DNA of 64,000 nucleotides from Chloroflexota bacterium (lineage in GTDB: Bacteria > Chloroflexota > Limnocylindria > Limnocylindrales > CSP1-4): NCBI GenBank assembly GCA_030447745.1, contig JAUJOH010000002.1:119516-183515 (forward strand). The letters are read 5' to 3'. Made by a program: the position numbers and the translations under genes. Below, one piece after another: positions 61,088 to 64,000 of the stretch. Under the pieces are notes generated by a model that saw only the letters and a list, made by a program, of their open reading frames with translations, was not told where the DNA came from and made no database searches. Numbering within the stretch: position 1 is the first letter of the stretch; each line of letters begins with the position of its first letter.

Positions 61088-62404
61088 ATGGCGGTGGAGC
61101 TGACCGACCGACAGCGACGCTGGCTCGACGCGCTCCTGGTCCTCGCCACGATCGCCGTCGGCTTCGTCGTCCTGGGCTTCATCGGCGACGTGTTCTTCTT
61201 CTTCGGCGACATCATCCTGATCTTCTTCCTGGCCTGGCTGCTCGCGTTCATGCTCAGCCCGATCGTGACCCGGCTGTCCGACGCCATCCCGTTCCTGCCC
61301 CGGATCGCCGCCGTGATCCTCGTCTACGGCCTGCTGCTCGGCGCGCTCGTCGTCCTCGCGGTGCTCATCGCCGGTGCGCTCCTGACGTCGATCCAGGACT
61401 TCGCCGAGACCGTCCCGACGCTGCAGAGCCGGCTCCCGGAGATCCTCGCGCCGTGGCAGCGCCGGCTCGATGCGCTCGGGCTGAGCCAGGTGAAGCTCGC
61501 CGATCAGGGCCAGATCTTCCTCTCGAACCTGACCGGGTACGCCCAGGGCGTCGTCGGCCCGCTGCAGCAGTTCGCCGTGGCCAGCCTGGGCGCGATCGCC
61601 AGCCTGGTCATCGTGCTGGTCCTGTCGCTGTACATCGCCATCGACCGCAACCGGGTCCTGTCGTTCACGTTCCGGCTCGTCCCGCCCGGGTTCAAGGAGG
61701 AGGCCCGGCTGCTCGAGCGGAGCGTCGCCCGGTCGTTCGGCGGGTTCCTGCGGGGTCAGGCGCTCATGGGCCTGATCTACGGCGGGATCGCCCTCCTGAC
61801 GAGCGCGCTGCTCCGGCTCGAGTACCTGCCGGTGACGTCCGCGCTCGCCGGTGTCCTCATGGCCGTGCCGTTCTTCGGCCCGTTCGTGGCCTGGGCGCCA
61901 CCCGTCCTGGTCGCCATCTTCGTCCACCCGGACGCGACCGTCCCGGTCGCGATCTCGATGGGCATCGGCTGGTTCGTCGTCATGAACCTCCTGCAGCCGC
62001 GGCTCATGGAGGAGGCCGTGGGCATCCATCCGATCGCCGTCCTCGGGTCCGTGCTCGTCGGGTCGAAGATCGCGGGCATCCCGGGTGCCATCTTCGGGAT
62101 CCCGATCGCCGCCATCCTGTCGGCCTTCTTCTTCCACTACCTGGGCCGCAACCGGGACAACGGTCCGGTCGCCTCGCGAGCGGCCAGGCGTCTCGAGGTC
62201 CGCGAGGGCCGGCCGGTCCGGGTGCCGCGCGAGCCGGATCCCGTCGTCGACCCGGACGTCAACGACACCGTCGCGGCCGGCCCGTCGACGGTCCCGGGGA
62301 TGGTCTCGCGCCCGTCGGCCGGCAACGCCACGCCCTCCGCGTCGCCGAGCCCCGCCCGCGCGGCGCCGGCCCGGCGGCCCGGACCCGCCACCCCGGGCGA
62401 GTGA
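61088..62404 (+). CDS. AI-2E family transporter
   Basis: Multi-TM; GFLRGQ, VPFFGP, LQPRLM and GIHPIAV. Confidence 0.9.
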   Translation: MAVELTDRQRRWLDALLVLATIAVGFVVLGFIGDVFFFFGDIILIFFLAWLLAFMLSPIVTRLSDAIPFLPRIAAVILVYGLLLGALVVLAVLIAGALLTSIQDFAETVPTLQSRLPEILAPWQRRLDALGLSQVKLADQGQIFLSNLTGYAQGVVGPLQQFAVASLGAIASLVIVLVLSLYIAIDRNRVLSFTFRLVPPGFKEEARLLERSVARSFGGFLRGQALMGLIYGGIALLTSALLRLEYLPVTSALAGVLMAVPFFGPFVAWAPPVLVAIFVHPDATVPVAISMGIGWFVVMNLLQPRLMEEAVGIHPIAVLGSVLVGSKIAGIPGAIFGIPIAAILSAFFFHYLGRNRDNGPVASRAARRLEVREGRPVRVPREPDPVVDPDVNDTVAAGPSTVPGMVSRPSAGNATPSASPSPARAAPARRPGPATPGE

Positions 62405-62408
62405 CGGC

Positions 62409-63548
62409 ATGACCGAGGAACGGCGGCCCGGGCCGGGAGACGGAGCACGGTGGGACGGGCGCAGAGAGGACGCGCCGACGGACGGGAGCGGCCCGGCCGG
62501 GTCCGTCGGCCCTCGACCGGAGCAGCCGGAGATGACCCGCGAGCGGGCGCGGACGGAGCGCCGCGACCTCGACCTCGAGCGCGGTGAACCGGTCGCCGGC
62601 GGGGCGGCGCGTGGGGGCCCGCGCGCGCTGCGCCGGATGGCGCGGCCGATCGGCGCCTGGACGACGCGTCCCAAGATCCTCATCACGAACGACGACGGGA
62701 TCGAGTCCCGCGGGCTGCTCGCGCTCAAGCAGGCGATGGACCTGCTCGGCGACACCACGGTCGTGGCGCCGGACACGAACCAGAGCGCCGTGGGGCACCA
62801 GAAGACGCTGATGCGGCCGTTGCGCGTCCGCGAGCGGACGCTCGGCGACGGCTCGCTCGGCTACTCGGTGGACGGCAGCCCGACGGACGCCGTCAGCCTC
62901 GCCTTCCTCGGCTACTTCCGGCACGGGTTCGACCTCGTCGCGTCCGGGATCAACTACGGCGCGAACCTCGGCGACGACATCACGTATTCGGGCACTGTCA
63001 GCGCCGCCATGGAGGCGGTGATCAACGGCTGCCCCGCGTTCGCGATCTCGCAAGAGTACTACCAGCATCCCGATTTCGCCCTTGCCGGACAGGCCGCCCT
63101 GGCCGTGGCTCGGAACATCCTCGAGCATGGCCTCTCGCGGGGCGAGCTGATCAACGTCAACGTGCCGGCCGTCTCGCCGGACGAGTCGGAGGGGTTCGAG
63201 GTCACGCGGCTCGGCAAGCGCGTCTACCAGGACCAGCTGATCGAGCGCGTCGATCCGCGCGGCATCCCCTACTTCTGGATCGGCGGTCCGCCGCCGTCCG
63301 GGCTGGCTGTCCCCGGCACGGACTTCCACGCCGTGGTGCATCGACGGATCGCCGTTACGCCCATCCACCTCGACCTGACCGGCCGTCGGCTGCTCAAGCG
63401 CCTGCGCAACTGGTCCTTCAACCTGTCGTCGCCGGAGACGCGCGCGGCGGGCGACGGGCCCGCGACCGCCCCGCCGGAGCCGGACGAGGCCGCCGCGGGC
63501 CCGTGGGAGCGGAAGGTCGGCGCGGAGGTGGCCAGGGAGCGTCGCTGA
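62409..63548 (+). CDS. surE: 5'/3'-nucleotidase SurE with N-terminal extension
   Basis: ILITNDDG, GSPTDAV, SGINYGANLG, YSGTVSAAME and VTPIHLD. Confidence 0.93.
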   Translation: MTEERRPGPGDGARWDGRREDAPTDGSGPAGSVGPRPEQPEMTRERARTERRDLDLERGEPVAGGAARGGPRALRRMARPIGAWTTRPKILITNDDGIESRGLLALKQAMDLLGDTTVVAPDTNQSAVGHQKTLMRPLRVRERTLGDGSLGYSVDGSPTDAVSLAFLGYFRHGFDLVASGINYGANLGDDITYSGTVSAAMEAVINGCPAFAISQEYYQHPDFALAGQAALAVARNILEHGLSRGELINVNVPAVSPDESEGFEVTRLGKRVYQDQLIERVDPRGIPYFWIGGPPPSGLAVPGTDFHAVVHRRIAVTPIHLDLTGRRLLKRLRNWSFNLSSPETRAAGDGPATAPPEPDEAAAGPWERKVGAEVARERR

Positions 63549-63677
63549 CCGGCCGGTCGCCGGCGTCCCGCGCTGACGGACGCAGGACCCCCGGCGGCGG
63601 ACATCGACGCATGTCCATCGCCGGGCGCGGACGTCTGCCCGGTGGCCGGGACCCGGCCGTCGGCCATCGTCTCGGCC

Positions 63678-64000
63678 ATGAACGCACAGACGCTCAGCCC
63701 GGCCGCCCGGATCGATCGCCTGCTCCGCTCGGAGTCGACGATCTGGCTGAGCACGGTGGCGCCGGAAGGCACGCCACATCTCGTGCCGATCTGGTTCAGC
63801 TGGGACGGCGATCGCCTCTTCGTCGCCAGCAAGCCCAATGCCAGGAAGATCCGCAACCTTCGCCGGAACCCGAAGCTGATGATCGCGCTCGGCGAGCCCG
63901 ACGAAGACTTCGACGTGGGGCTGATCGAATGCGAGGCGGAGCTCCCCTCGACGCCGACGTGCGACCTGCTGCCGCCGACCCACCTTGAGAAGTACGCGCG
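63678..64000 (+). CDS. Pyridoxamine 5'-phosphate oxidase-like (possibly F420-dependent) protein, cut by the window end
   Basis: IWLSTV..GTPHLVPIWF and KIRNLRRNP. Confidence 0.8.
   Translation, partial: MNAQTLSPAARIDRLLRSESTIWLSTVAPEGTPHLVPIWFSWDGDRLFVASKPNARKIRNLRRNPKLMIALGEPDEDFDVGLIECEAELPSTPTCDLLPPTHLEKYA

Noticed and set aside
63591-63618. GGACAT-N6-ATGTCC palindrome upstream of the PPOX-like gene
   Set aside because: Single short occurrence with no associated regulator in the window; could be chance.

Overview
Very GC-rich bacterial chromosomal segment. Gene style and repertoire suggest a Chloroflexota organism, possibly Limnocylindria/Ellin6529; that is inference only. It is mostly housekeeping: catalase, thyX, purine nucleoside phosphorylase, moaA, two acyl-CoA synthetases, polX, a diguanylate cyclase, an MgtE-type CBS protein, a long minus-strand lipid cluster (birA, ECF sigma/anti-sigma, accD, accA, BCCP-like, accC, fabZ, phosphoesterase, fabF, accB, fabH, fabG), ask, hom-thrC-thrB, trpS and surE. 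I saw no rRNA, tRNA, CRISPR array, integrase or transposase. About a dozen genes carry frameshifts, internal deletions or short duplications, which points to an error-prone (probably long-read) assembly, so the pseudogene calls are provisional. Strongest leads: (1) a second BCCP-fold protein lacking the biotinylated lysine, coupled between accA and accC and reminiscent of plant BADC regulators; (2) a ~2.5 kb compositionally foreign Ig-domain gene fragment sitting inside fabH, beside a garbled duplication; (3) a ~170 nt rod-shaped ncRNA candidate with a clean sigma70 promoter and a symmetric DnaA-box-like cluster; (4) a polX, TPR/HIRAN-like, degenerate methylase-nuclease gene run; (5) widespread leaderless gene starts, two Cys-rich microproteins and a probable SatD operator.
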